The position numbers and the translations under genes were made by a program. A stretch of 64,000 nt of DNA from the IMG/VR virus record IMGVR_UViG_3300037310_000404, positions 1 to 64,000 of that record. The stretch is one strand, 5' to 3'. This document shows, one piece after another, positions 9,339 through 17,881 of the stretch (position 1 is the first letter of the stretch; every line of letters begins with the position of its first letter). Origin of the DNA: a virus. Under the pieces are notes generated by a model. It was not told where the DNA came from and ran no database searches. It saw nothing but the letters and a program-made list of their open reading frames with translations.

Positions 9339-10808
9339 TTGCTAAACCAGCACTGGAAGCAATATTATGATCCAAAAGATTTGGAAGATTGGGGTAAGTT
9401 AAAACATACAGCTCCCCCAATTACATATCCATTTCAATATGAGATATTGCATAGATTGCTGCGTAAATATTTTAGGACTCTGAAGGGTAATACTTTAAAC
9501 CCAGAATCTAGTCGCAATATTAATCAACTTTATCGAATCCTTGAAAAAACCATAGAATCACTTGAAAAAGCGGTGATCGAAGATGAGGCCTATACCGAAC
9601 AACAAGAATCAGAACAGTGGCATGCCCAAAGAGATTTGGAAGAAGATCCCGGTGCCAAAATGTTGCGCGAAGAAGAGATGGAAAAAGTGCGCAGAGAAGC
9701 CAGTTCTAAAAAAACACTATCCCCAATTGGTGGTGGATTTAACATGGGTCGTTACTGGATTGATCATTTTGGCGAATACTTTTTAGTTGGAAGCTCGGAT
9801 TTGGAACATGGCGATTGGATCAAGCATAGACCGCATATCTTAAGCGAGCAAGAGTTGTTGGATGTTGACAAATTTAAAGACAACTACCCGGCGTTTATGG
9901 AAGAACTTGTTAGAGACGGATGGATCAGAGTGTCTGGAAATCTGGTGGAAATGTATGACGATTCTGGACTTCCCAATCTAGCAATATTTCTGCATAGTCA
10001 TATCCCGGCAAAACATTGGAATGAAAAGATTGATATCTTCATGCTAAAACGCGACGAAGTAAAGACAGTAACCATATCCGACATAATCGGCCACCATTTC
10101 GATGATTCCATGGTTCATGTTGCCTCCAAAAATGCCGTAGAAGATACTATCCGCTATTGGGACATGGCTAAGAATAAAGATTTCAGCAAGTATTGGAGGC
10201 AGCTAAGGAAGAAGCGCAGAAAGAGAGCTGCTTCTTTGATCATGGAAGCCGGATTTAAGAATTTTATAAATAAATTATTGGAAAAATACTATGGCTATAT
10301 GGCAGACAGGTCTAAGCAATCCGTAGTAAAAGATATGGCTAATTATAGTAATGAGGATATTAAAAACTCAATATCCGAACTGAAGAATGCTATTATGTAT
10401 GCTGAAGATACGTTTGGGGATGACATAAAAAATCATTCAAGAATCATCGATTTTCAAGATCTGATATCCAAATTTGAGGTCGAATTGGATAAGCGCGGTT
10501 TCAAATACACGACCATGGAGCGCGACAACGATATCTTGCCGTATTTAGTGCCAAAAGCTTCTGCATCCAATGTTCCAAATCCATTACGTAAAAACTATGA
10601 CTACTCGAACGAGCTTTGCGGCCCAGAATGGCAGAATAGGGTTAAGTGCTATATGCGCAGAAGAAGAAAACGCGAAGCATCTCTGGTCGTGATGTCCAGG
10701 GTCAATATCGGGGATAGTTTTTCCTGGAATACGCTTGGTGGCAATTCGTATTCTGGAAAAATAGCGGATATCGATAACGAAGTAGTCTATGTAAACTGCA
10801 CAGACTGA
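9339..10808 (+). CDS. Modular hypothetical protein (TTG start); probably continues through TGA into 10809..11630
   Basis: Same frame as both flanking ORFs; repeated R-x-A/T-S-L linker motifs; ends mid-domain at VNCTD-TGA. Confidence 0.6.
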   Translation: MLNQHWKQYYDPKDLEDWGKLKHTAPPITYPFQYEILHRLLRKYFRTLKGNTLNPESSRNINQLYRILEKTIESLEKAVIEDEAYTEQQESEQWHAQRDLEEDPGAKMLREEEMEKVRREASSKKTLSPIGGGFNMGRYWIDHFGEYFLVGSSDLEHGDWIKHRPHILSEQELLDVDKFKDNYPAFMEELVRDGWIRVSGNLVEMYDDSGLPNLAIFLHSHIPAKHWNEKIDIFMLKRDEVKTVTISDIIGHHFDDSMVHVASKNAVEDTIRYWDMAKNKDFSKYWRQLRKKRRKRAASLIMEAGFKNFINKLLEKYYGYMADRSKQSVVKDMANYSNEDIKNSISELKNAIMYAEDTFGDDIKNHSRIIDFQDLISKFEVELDKRGFKYTTMERDNDILPYLVPKASASNVPNPLRKNYDYSNELCGPEWQNRVKCYMRRRRKREASLVVMSRVNIGDSFSWNTLGGNSYSGKIADIDNEVVYVNCTD

Positions 10809-10832
10809 GTTCAAAGAGCGACCAGCCTATCT

Positions 10833-11573
10833 ATGAGCGAAATGGGTCTTGATAGGGCTGGTAACAAGATAGCAAAAAATTTAATACCCATTGACAATAA
10901 GCTTTTTGATGATCTATCTAAGTTAATGGGTGATCAGCTTTACGATCAAATAAAAAATATTGACTTTGACTGGGTGAATGAGAAAATAGATCGTGGCGTG
11001 AAGCCGTACATTGAATACGACATGACGAAAAACCGCTCTCTTATGCAGAGAATCTTAAATTTCTTTGGATTTGGGCAAGCACAAAGAGAAACCAAAAACG
11101 TTATAGGCGATATGGTTCCAATAAAGTCTGCTAAGATTTATTTTGTAAAGGATAACCCTAAGATCCCATTTCCAGTTCATGGTGGTTCAACTTTTAGGTT
11201 TCATGTGGTTGGAAATCCAACAAAAATAATCGGAACGACGCTGGAGATAGAAATTAAGACGAATAAGGCCATGCTTCTGGGAGGTGGTAAGCAGGATTTT
11301 ATAAACGATCTAAGAGTCACGTTAGCACATGAGCTCACGCACATGGCTCAAGTTGCAAAAAATCCGTGGGAAGTTGGGCTCCCAGACGTTGACAAGAACC
11401 CGGACATGTACTTTAATGCTCCAAATGAAGTCCAAGCATACGCCAGACAGATCGTTCAGGGCATAGCTGACGAATTCCGAGACAACCCTAATCTTATTCC
11501 ATTAAGCTCTCGCGAAATATCAGCCCTGATTGTAAAATACTTTATACATTACCATAAACTAAATGATAACTGA
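10833..11573 (+). CDS. HExxH zinc-metallopeptidase-like domain
   Basis: LAHELTHMAQ plus downstream NEVQAYA. In frame with 9339..10808 and with a further 18-codon helical extension to 11630. Confidence 0.65.
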   Translation: MSEMGLDRAGNKIAKNLIPIDNKLFDDLSKLMGDQLYDQIKNIDFDWVNEKIDRGVKPYIEYDMTKNRSLMQRILNFFGFGQAQRETKNVIGDMVPIKSAKIYFVKDNPKIPFPVHGGSTFRFHVVGNPTKIIGTTLEIEIKTNKAMLLGGGKQDFINDLRVTLAHELTHMAQVAKNPWEVGLPDVDKNPDMYFNAPNEVQAYARQIVQGIADEFRDNPNLIPLSSREISALIVKYFIHYHKLNDN

Positions 11574-11631
11574 AAGAAGATTTTAAATAATCTTGTTTAT
11601 AATGGATTAAAAAAAGAAGGTATTATCTGAA

Positions 11632-12399
11632 ATGCCGCCAAAAAATTGTAAAATCACAGACTCTAACGGAAATCCAATTGGAGATAATCCAATCAGAACC
11701 CATCGGTCATATATTGACTGCGTTGGGGGCGGTAATCCTTTGCAATCTTCTTTAAATAACTGCTACCTTCAGACATCTCTTGGTTATGATCCAGTTACGG
11801 GGCAGCCTTTAACCGTTTTTGATGAACAAATAAATAGAGAAAAGCAGATTCTCGAAACACTGGGAGAGCTAGTTCTTATTTATAGAAGGCTTATTGTTCC
11901 TGACAAAACGATAGATAGTCGTCGCTGCATATGCTGGGACCCTGTTAGAAAACAAGCCCGTTCAAGCTGTCCTTATTGCAATGGATTTGGAGTTGTTTCC
12001 AATGATCCAAACATTAACAGGGTCGGCGGATTCCAGTGGCTTAGAAATCCCGAAAGAGACGATTCAATGTTCTTTGTCAATGAGGGAATGACGGCGCAGA
12101 AGCTTCAGTCAAATGATATTGGACTACAGATCAATCATCAATTGCATTTTTGGACTGTTCCGATCAGAAATTGCGATGGTGATTATGTTAATATCATTGA
12201 CGAGCGAGATATCATGATAAGATTTATATTCGACAGAGAAACAAAGACCGCAATCCGCGAGCTCGGAAGATATGAAATGACCAACGTCTCATACTCATTG
12301 GCCCAAGATAATTTCCTAATGCATATGGAATGGGATGCAAAGAGACTCGATCCAGGAATTTCGCAGCAGGAGTTTGGGCTTCCGAACTGGCTCTCTTAA
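11632..12399 (+). CDS. Putative neck / head-closure protein with Cys zinc-binding motif
   Basis: RCICWD...CPYCNGFG motif, beta-rich C-terminus (ERDIMIRF...RYEMTNVS), position between adaptor and terminator. Confidence 0.55.
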   Translation: MPPKNCKITDSNGNPIGDNPIRTHRSYIDCVGGGNPLQSSLNNCYLQTSLGYDPVTGQPLTVFDEQINREKQILETLGELVLIYRRLIVPDKTIDSRRCICWDPVRKQARSSCPYCNGFGVVSNDPNINRVGGFQWLRNPERDDSMFFVNEGMTAQKLQSNDIGLQINHQLHFWTVPIRNCDGDYVNIIDERDIMIRFIFDRETKTAIRELGRYEMTNVSYSLAQDNFLMHMEWDAKRLDPGISQQEFGLPNWLS

Positions 12400-13313
12400 T
12401 GGATGACATGAGAAAAAAATTACACGTAAACAAAGTTAGACATGAATGCATTAATAGAAATATTAAATTCATGGATAGTGTGTTTAATGGCGTCAGGGCC
12501 AGACATAACTTTTTCTGTGTAAAGCATAAAAAGACATATGCAACTAATTATAATAATTTGATTCAGGCTGGCGGTTGCAATTTGCCATGCTGTGCAACTC
12601 ATGAGTTTAAAAAATATACATTAAAAGAGGTCAAGGATAAGTGCGATTCTATTAATATAGAATTTATTGATAAAAAATACCTCGGAAGAACGCACAAGCA
12701 TAAATTTAAATGCATTAAACATGGAGAAATTTATACAAAATCCCTTGCAGATATTTTGCACAAGGATAGAGTTTTAAGATGCTGTAATCTAGATAGTAAG
12801 TTCAGAAAATATAAACTAATAGCTAAAAAGCGCGGATTCATGGTGCTGGATAGTAAGTATAAAAATTTGGATTCAAAATATGCGACTAGATGCTTGAGGC
12901 ATAACGAGGTCCATCAGGCTCGGCTCATAAATATAGTAAGGGCAAACAGTCAGGGAATTCATTGTTGCTGGATAAATATGAAGAGAAGATCTGGCGATAA
13001 TCACCCAAACTATAATCCAAATTTGACCAAACAGGAAAGATTGGGAAATCGTAGCAAGTGCAAATCCTGGCGTTTTAGGATATACAAGTTATTTGACAAT
13101 ACCTGCGATGCCTGCGGATCAGTTGGTCTTATTGGTATAAATCGTATAGCTCACCATATAGAATCATATATGTCAAATAAAAAATTGAGGTTTGATATAA
13201 ATAATGGGGCTTGCTTGTGCTCTGAGTGTCATGACTCTTTTCATAAAACATACGGCTATGGTAATAATACCCGAGCCCAGTATGATGAATTCAAATCCAA
13301 GGTAATAGCATAA
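12399..13313 (+). CDS. HNH homing endonuclease with Cys/His zinc-ribbon repeats
   Basis: CDACG...AHHIESY...RFDINNGACLCSECHDSFH HNH motif; repeated C.KH units; start by TAATG coupling at 12399. Confidence 0.85.
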   Translation: MDDMRKKLHVNKVRHECINRNIKFMDSVFNGVRARHNFFCVKHKKTYATNYNNLIQAGGCNLPCCATHEFKKYTLKEVKDKCDSINIEFIDKKYLGRTHKHKFKCIKHGEIYTKSLADILHKDRVLRCCNLDSKFRKYKLIAKKRGFMVLDSKYKNLDSKYATRCLRHNEVHQARLINIVRANSQGIHCCWINMKRRSGDNHPNYNPNLTKQERLGNRSKCKSWRFRIYKLFDNTCDACGSVGLIGINRIAHHIESYMSNKKLRFDINNGACLCSECHDSFHKTYGYGNNTRAQYDEFKSKVIA

Positions 13314-13315
13314 CT

Positions 13316-14509
13316 ATGGCCTACGTATTAAATAAGAAAATAATCACTAAACGAATCATCGATGTCTTGGTAGATTTTCTAAAACAAAATCTTTCAAGAA
13401 ATCGCCTGTATCGCCATGTTGATATTTCTGACAGATTCCCGTTGGAGCAGGTTCAAATTCCGATGGTCGTAATACGCTCCGTAACTAATAATCAAAGAAG
13501 AATACACTTTGATGATTTTATGGAAGATTACCATAGTCGCGTTACTCTTGTCCCTGTTCAGGCTGACGATAACCTTTACGGCAATAATATGGCCCAGGTT
13601 AATCTGCCGGAAACGTTAGACTATGATCCAAGATGGCCATGGGATGTTAGCGTCGGATATCCGAGCGGTACAGATATAACACAAACCATATTCACATCCG
13701 GAAACGTATTCAATTCTGGCGTGGATACTGGAATAATCATAACAGTTCCCGGGTCTGGCACATTTGATCCAAGCTCGATTATGTTTGCTGATGAAAACCG
13801 TCAATCTGTTGGGTCTCCAAGCCTTATCACTGGAAACAACACCTATACACTAACATTATCACAGGCGGTTACGAATGATCAGTTTTATTTAAATGTAACC
13901 GGAACAGATATGACTGGCACTGTTGCTTTGGCGGTAGAACCAAATCAAATGATTGTAAACGGAAGTGGCATTGCATCTGGATTGTCTGGAACCAGAATTT
14001 TTATGTCCGATATTCTTTTCGCCGGAGATCAATACCAGCTTAACACAACACCAAATGAAGAATTGGCATATGCTATTTATGGCGGCATTTACAATATGAG
14101 CATTTCTATTGATTGCTATGCCCGTACAACTATAGAAGCAGAAGAGCTCGGTGATATTATTGAGGATATTTTAACCGCTAGAAAACTAGATTTTTATGAT
14201 AGAACTGGGGCTTCTATAACTTCTCAGTCCCAGGGTGGCGGAACTGAGAGGGAATACGCAAACGAGCATTTGTTCCAAACTAGCGTAAGTATTGAGTTAT
14301 TTAAAGAATGGCAAGAATACAGATCTGTAACCACCATTCTGTCGGCAAGTGGTACAGCAATTCCAAATGGCATCTACTCGGGGACATACGTGGCTCCCGG
14401 AGTTTACACCATAACAGCCCTAGATCAGGCTGGAGTGGATGCATACTTTAGCTCCTACGTTGGCTGGTCCGGAACTGGCGCTAACATACAAACATTCCAG
14501 ATTAATTAA
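13316..14509 (+). CDS. Tail terminator / tail completion protein with inserted beta domain
   Basis: IDVLVDFLK...ISDRFP...IPMVVIR N-terminus and SISIDCYARTTIEAEELGDII C-terminus; immediately upstream of the sheath. Confidence 0.6.
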   Translation: MAYVLNKKIITKRIIDVLVDFLKQNLSRNRLYRHVDISDRFPLEQVQIPMVVIRSVTNNQRRIHFDDFMEDYHSRVTLVPVQADDNLYGNNMAQVNLPETLDYDPRWPWDVSVGYPSGTDITQTIFTSGNVFNSGVDTGIIITVPGSGTFDPSSIMFADENRQSVGSPSLITGNNTYTLTLSQAVTNDQFYLNVTGTDMTGTVALAVEPNQMIVNGSGIASGLSGTRIFMSDILFAGDQYQLNTTPNEELAYAIYGGIYNMSISIDCYARTTIEAEELGDIIEDILTARKLDFYDRTGASITSQSQGGGTEREYANEHLFQTSVSIELFKEWQEYRSVTTILSASGTAIPNGIYSGTYVAPGVYTITALDQAGVDAYFSSYVGWSGTGANIQTFQIN

Positions 14510-14597
14510 TTAGTTAATTAATTAATTATTATTTAAAAGTTATGTAATTTTATAGTATTTTATTTAAGTGAAATAATATAAGTGATAGCATGTAATC

Positions 14598-14609
14598 TTT
14601 TATAAAAAA
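14598..14609. promoter_or_regulatory. Palindromic TTTTATAAAA motif downstream of a TTAA tract (candidate late promoter or operator)
   Basis: Intergenic, upstream of the sheath gene; same motif at four other intergenic sites. Confidence 0.5.
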
Positions 14610-14692
14610 TTATTTACGTAGATACGTGAAAACGTAAATGGATAAACAAACAAAATAATTACAAGAACTGAAATATAAGGAGTTAGAAAACA

Positions 14693-16834
14693 ATGGCATA
14701 CACACCTCCTGGCGTTTATACGGAAGTTGAAATAGCTAACAATATCGTCCAGCTCCCTGGTGGCACGAGAATTCCGGCATTTATTGGAACCGGTAGAAAA
14801 TATCTAAGCATCGCCGGAGAGACTCAGACTCAGGCAACAAACAGACTGGTCACTCTCTCGAACATACCAGTCAGAAGCATCGATAACATTTATGACTTCT
14901 CGGGTTCAGGCGGCGCGTTAACTGTTTATCCATCTTCTGGAAACGGGGCTTATGGAAGCGGCTGGTATCAGAGTGGAAATCAGGTCGCCTGGACTTCTGC
15001 TGCCAACGAGCACCCTGCGTCCACCACGCCGCAGATTGGCGATTCATATTTCGCAACTTATGTCTATACTGGAATTAGCTTCACCGGTGCTGGATTATTT
15101 AATGCAGCTGCTGCTGGATCTGTTCTATACGCACCAACACTTTCAGGAACTGCTGCTGGATCATCGCTTCTAATACCGAATGTAGAAACAATCCTAAACG
15201 TGTATAGCGGAAACTCCACCAGCTCAGGATCATTCCCTGCTACCGGAATTTCCGCAAGCGGTGATGGATGGTTCCAGTCCGGATCATCACTAATCTGGAC
15301 GAATGGATCTGCTACTGATTTTGCAGCCTCGTCTGGGGTCGGTACCGTTCCAGCAAGCGGAGCAACCTACTATGTTGCCTTCACTTACACTGGAACTGTT
15401 TTTGGACAAACATTTACACAAACCTCTGCTTACGAAAATGATTTCGTCTTCACTGGAGCAATTGCTTCAGGAGATACTGTTGTAAGCGGAGTTGTAGCAG
15501 TATCCGGATCAGCAACGACCTATCCTGCCTCCGGAACCGTGTCTGGAACCGATTCTTCTGGATACGGTATAGACGACAGCGGATGGTATCTGTCCGGAAC
15601 ATCGGCACCTCAGTCTTTGGCATGGAATCCGGTCAATCCTTCGGCCTATGGATATCCCCCGTCAACCGTAGTGCCAATCTCTGGTGTTTTCTATATCGAT
15701 TACACATACGATAAGAGCTCTACTGATTATGAGCCAAAGAATTTCACGGATTATACCCAGGTTGTTAGTGAATATGGTCCTGATGCAGAGTGGACACTTG
15801 TTACTACGGGAACCAACGCTGGCTCTTATGATTTTGCCAGCCTGAATCCGTTAACTCTTGCTTCTAGATTAGCATTCGCAAACGGAGCCTCGATCGTCAG
15901 CCTAACTCAGATGTCTGGTAATGGGCTAACAACTGGTGAGTTCCAGAATGCCTTGAATCAGTTGCAAGCAAAGACGATTGACGTCATTGTTCCTCTAACT
16001 GTTGGAAGCGGTGCAAGTCTGACCGAAATCAGCATACCTACAAAATCTAGCATCTTGAGCGCAGTTGATATCCACTGCCAGACCATGTCTCTCCCTCAGA
16101 ATAAGAAGGAGCGCGTATCGATTGGATCGCTTGGAGTTGCTGAAATCGGGGACGTAGATACCGAAAATACCTACGTCTATACTGCCAGTGAGGTTCTTAG
16201 CGACAAGCGCATTGCTCTTGTTGCTCCTGGTAAGTGTTTAGTGGAAATCCAAGATCCAAACGGAGAGTTCCAGCAGGTCGAAGTTGACGGAGCATTCATG
16301 GCTGTTGCCGCTTCTGCTCTTTCATGCAATCCAAACTTCGACGTTGCAACTCCGCTAACCAATAAGCAGTTCGTCGGATTCGATAATATATCGGCAAGAA
16401 CAGCTGATCATCCAAACTCAGAATATCTTGAGTCAGAAAAGAACATATTGGCTGCAGCTGGTGTCTTTGTAATCGACAGAACCGGTTCGAGAATCTTCGT
16501 CAGACATCAGCTGACGACTGATCAGACCAATGTTGCAGTTGGTGAATTCTCGGTAGTAACGACAACAGACTATGTTTCGCAGGCTGTTCGTTACACCACC
16601 GAGCAGTTCATCGGTAAGAAGTTGATAAACGCCATCGTTGTTCCGGCCGTTAAGTCGACAATCTTGGCAACGATGCAGCAGTTGATTCAGGCCGCGATCA
16701 TCAATGCGGTTGGAGCAATCACGGTTCAGGTCGATCCAAACAACCCGACCCAGATTCTGTCGACTGTTCAGTACGTTCCAGTCTTCCCATTGAATAGAAT
16801 TAAAGTTACGTTCACAATTCGTACGCAGCTATAA
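14693..16834 (+). CDS. Tail sheath protein
   Basis: RBS AAGGAG. Starts MAYTPPGVYTEVE; C-terminal sheath core (LTNKQFVGF, ILAAAGVFVI, YVPVFPLNRIKVTF). Confidence 0.93.
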   Translation: MAYTPPGVYTEVEIANNIVQLPGGTRIPAFIGTGRKYLSIAGETQTQATNRLVTLSNIPVRSIDNIYDFSGSGGALTVYPSSGNGAYGSGWYQSGNQVAWTSAANEHPASTTPQIGDSYFATYVYTGISFTGAGLFNAAAAGSVLYAPTLSGTAAGSSLLIPNVETILNVYSGNSTSSGSFPATGISASGDGWFQSGSSLIWTNGSATDFAASSGVGTVPASGATYYVAFTYTGTVFGQTFTQTSAYENDFVFTGAIASGDTVVSGVVAVSGSATTYPASGTVSGTDSSGYGIDDSGWYLSGTSAPQSLAWNPVNPSAYGYPPSTVVPISGVFYIDYTYDKSSTDYEPKNFTDYTQVVSEYGPDAEWTLVTTGTNAGSYDFASLNPLTLASRLAFANGASIVSLTQMSGNGLTTGEFQNALNQLQAKTIDVIVPLTVGSGASLTEISIPTKSSILSAVDIHCQTMSLPQNKKERVSIGSLGVAEIGDVDTENTYVYTASEVLSDKRIALVAPGKCLVEIQDPNGEFQQVEVDGAFMAVAASALSCNPNFDVATPLTNKQFVGFDNISARTADHPNSEYLESEKNILAAAGVFVIDRTGSRIFVRHQLTTDQTNVAVGEFSVVTTTDYVSQAVRYTTEQFIGKKLINAIVVPAVKSTILATMQQLIQAAIINAVGAITVQVDPNNPTQILSTVQYVPVFPLNRIKVTFTIRTQL

Positions 16835-16856
16835 TAGAAACACGAGGAGATAATAA

Positions 16857-17381
16857 ATGGCTACAGTAAATGCATTTTTACAAAACCAAGACCGAATTGC
16901 CGTCTCAACAGCGGTAAAGGTCTTGGTTAATGGAAATGTCATCGGCGTTGTCCAATCACTAGATCCAAGCCAGGACAGAAGTACTACGGCTGTTCGTGGT
17001 ATCGGTATCGGTGACAGACAGATTGACCGTATTTGGGGCTTAACGGAGTATAAGCTCAGCGTTCAAAAGTTGGCATTATTCAAAAAGCAGATGTTGAACT
17101 TGTTTGGGTATGACGACGGTTTCAGAATGTTGGCTCAGCTTCGTTCCCCTATTGACATCCAAGAGATCTTGCTGCTACCAGTTGCTGATCCAAATAGCGA
17201 ACCACTAACCATTCGTCAGACTGTTTATCGTGGATGCTATATGACCAGCTACGGCGCTCCAAGAGCAATCGGCGGAGGCGATATTATAATAACTGAATCT
17301 GCCAACTTCGATGTAACCTGGGTAGACAACGGCGAAACTAATCCGTTTGATTATGATGTTGGTCTTTCAATAACTCAATAA
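16857..17381 (+). CDS. Tail tube protein
   Basis: RBS GAGGAG. Follows the sheath; 174 aa; IGVVQSL...VRGIGIG and YRGCYMTSY...ITESANF tube-fold pattern. Confidence 0.85.
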   Translation: MATVNAFLQNQDRIAVSTAVKVLVNGNVIGVVQSLDPSQDRSTTAVRGIGIGDRQIDRIWGLTEYKLSVQKLALFKKQMLNLFGYDDGFRMLAQLRSPIDIQEILLLPVADPNSEPLTIRQTVYRGCYMTSYGAPRAIGGGDIIITESANFDVTWVDNGETNPFDYDVGLSITQ

Positions 17382-17436
17382 TATCCCTTCCTAATAATTT
17401 AGTTCCTTTAGTTTCTCCTTTTCCCCTTAGCAAAAT

Positions 17437-17490
17437 CCAAATAGATTAAAACGGTCCATCGAAAGATGGACCGCTATTTGGCATTTTTTG
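17437..17490 (+). terminator. Rho-independent terminator after sheath-tube
   Basis: Stem CGGTCCATC-GAAA-GATGGACCG (17452-17473), extended by CCAAATAG/CTATTTGG, followed by a T6 tract. Confidence 0.85.
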
Positions 17491-17497
17491 ATATAAT
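17489..17497 (+). promoter_or_regulatory. Extended -10 promoter (TGATATAAT) upstream of the tail chaperone
   Basis: TGnTATAAT directly after the terminator; RBS AGGAGGAG at ~17537. Confidence 0.5.
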
Positions 17498-17545
17498 TTT
17501 AATTAATAAACTCAATTTTATAATAATTCATTACTAGGAGGAGCC

Positions 17546-17881
17546 ATGTCGCTCAAAGATGTAGTATTCAACACCAACCCAACCAAGAAATTTACGGTTC
17601 AGGGCAAGGAAATCGAGGTCAGAGGTCTAACAACAAAGGATACTTTGGAGTTGGAAGTCGACTTTGACAAGCTTCTTGATGAAGCCAATACCAATAACAT
17701 TAAGCTGGCAGTCGACAGTGCGGTGAAAGTTCTTGCAAGAACTCTTGTCGCCATCGATGGGAACAAGCCTGATAGCGTTGAAGAGGCGAAAGAATTCCTT
17801 TTGTCCCAAGAGCAGGCCGTTGTTATGGAAATTTTCAACAAGGCTAACGTGTTCCAGGGAGCAGAAGATATAAAAAACTAA
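17546..17881 (+). CDS. Tail assembly chaperone (lambda gpG-like role)
   Basis: Strong RBS; 111 aa; between tube and tape measure; ends at a slippery heptamer. Confidence 0.8.
   Translation: MSLKDVVFNTNPTKKFTVQGKEIEVRGLTTKDTLELEVDFDKLLDEANTNNIKLAVDSAVKVLARTLVAIDGNKPDSVEEAKEFLLSQEQAVVMEIFNKANVFQGAEDIKN
17872..17878 (+). promoter_or_regulatory. Programmed -1 frameshift slippery site A AAA AAC
   Basis: X XXY YYZ heptamer in the last codons before TAA; the -1 frame is open to 18414. Confidence 0.8.

Noticed and set aside
10205-10240. KKRRKRAASL as a eukaryotic NLS or PKA site
   Set aside because: Prokaryotic SD and sigma70 signals throughout; better explained as a basic linker motif.
10800-10860. 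Selenocysteine insertion at TGA 10806
   Set aside because: No convincing SECIS-like hairpin directly downstream and no redox-type motif context.
952-12398. Upstream starts given by the ORF track (952, 1638, 8178, 12330)
   Set aside because: They overlap upstream genes extensively; TAATG-coupled or adjacent ATGs at 1054, 1674, 8262 and 12399 fit better.
17385-17430. Pyrimidine-rich tract with anti-SD-like TCTCCTT after the tube gene
   Set aside because: No ORF on either strand, and it is separated from the next RBS by a terminator; no supportable function.
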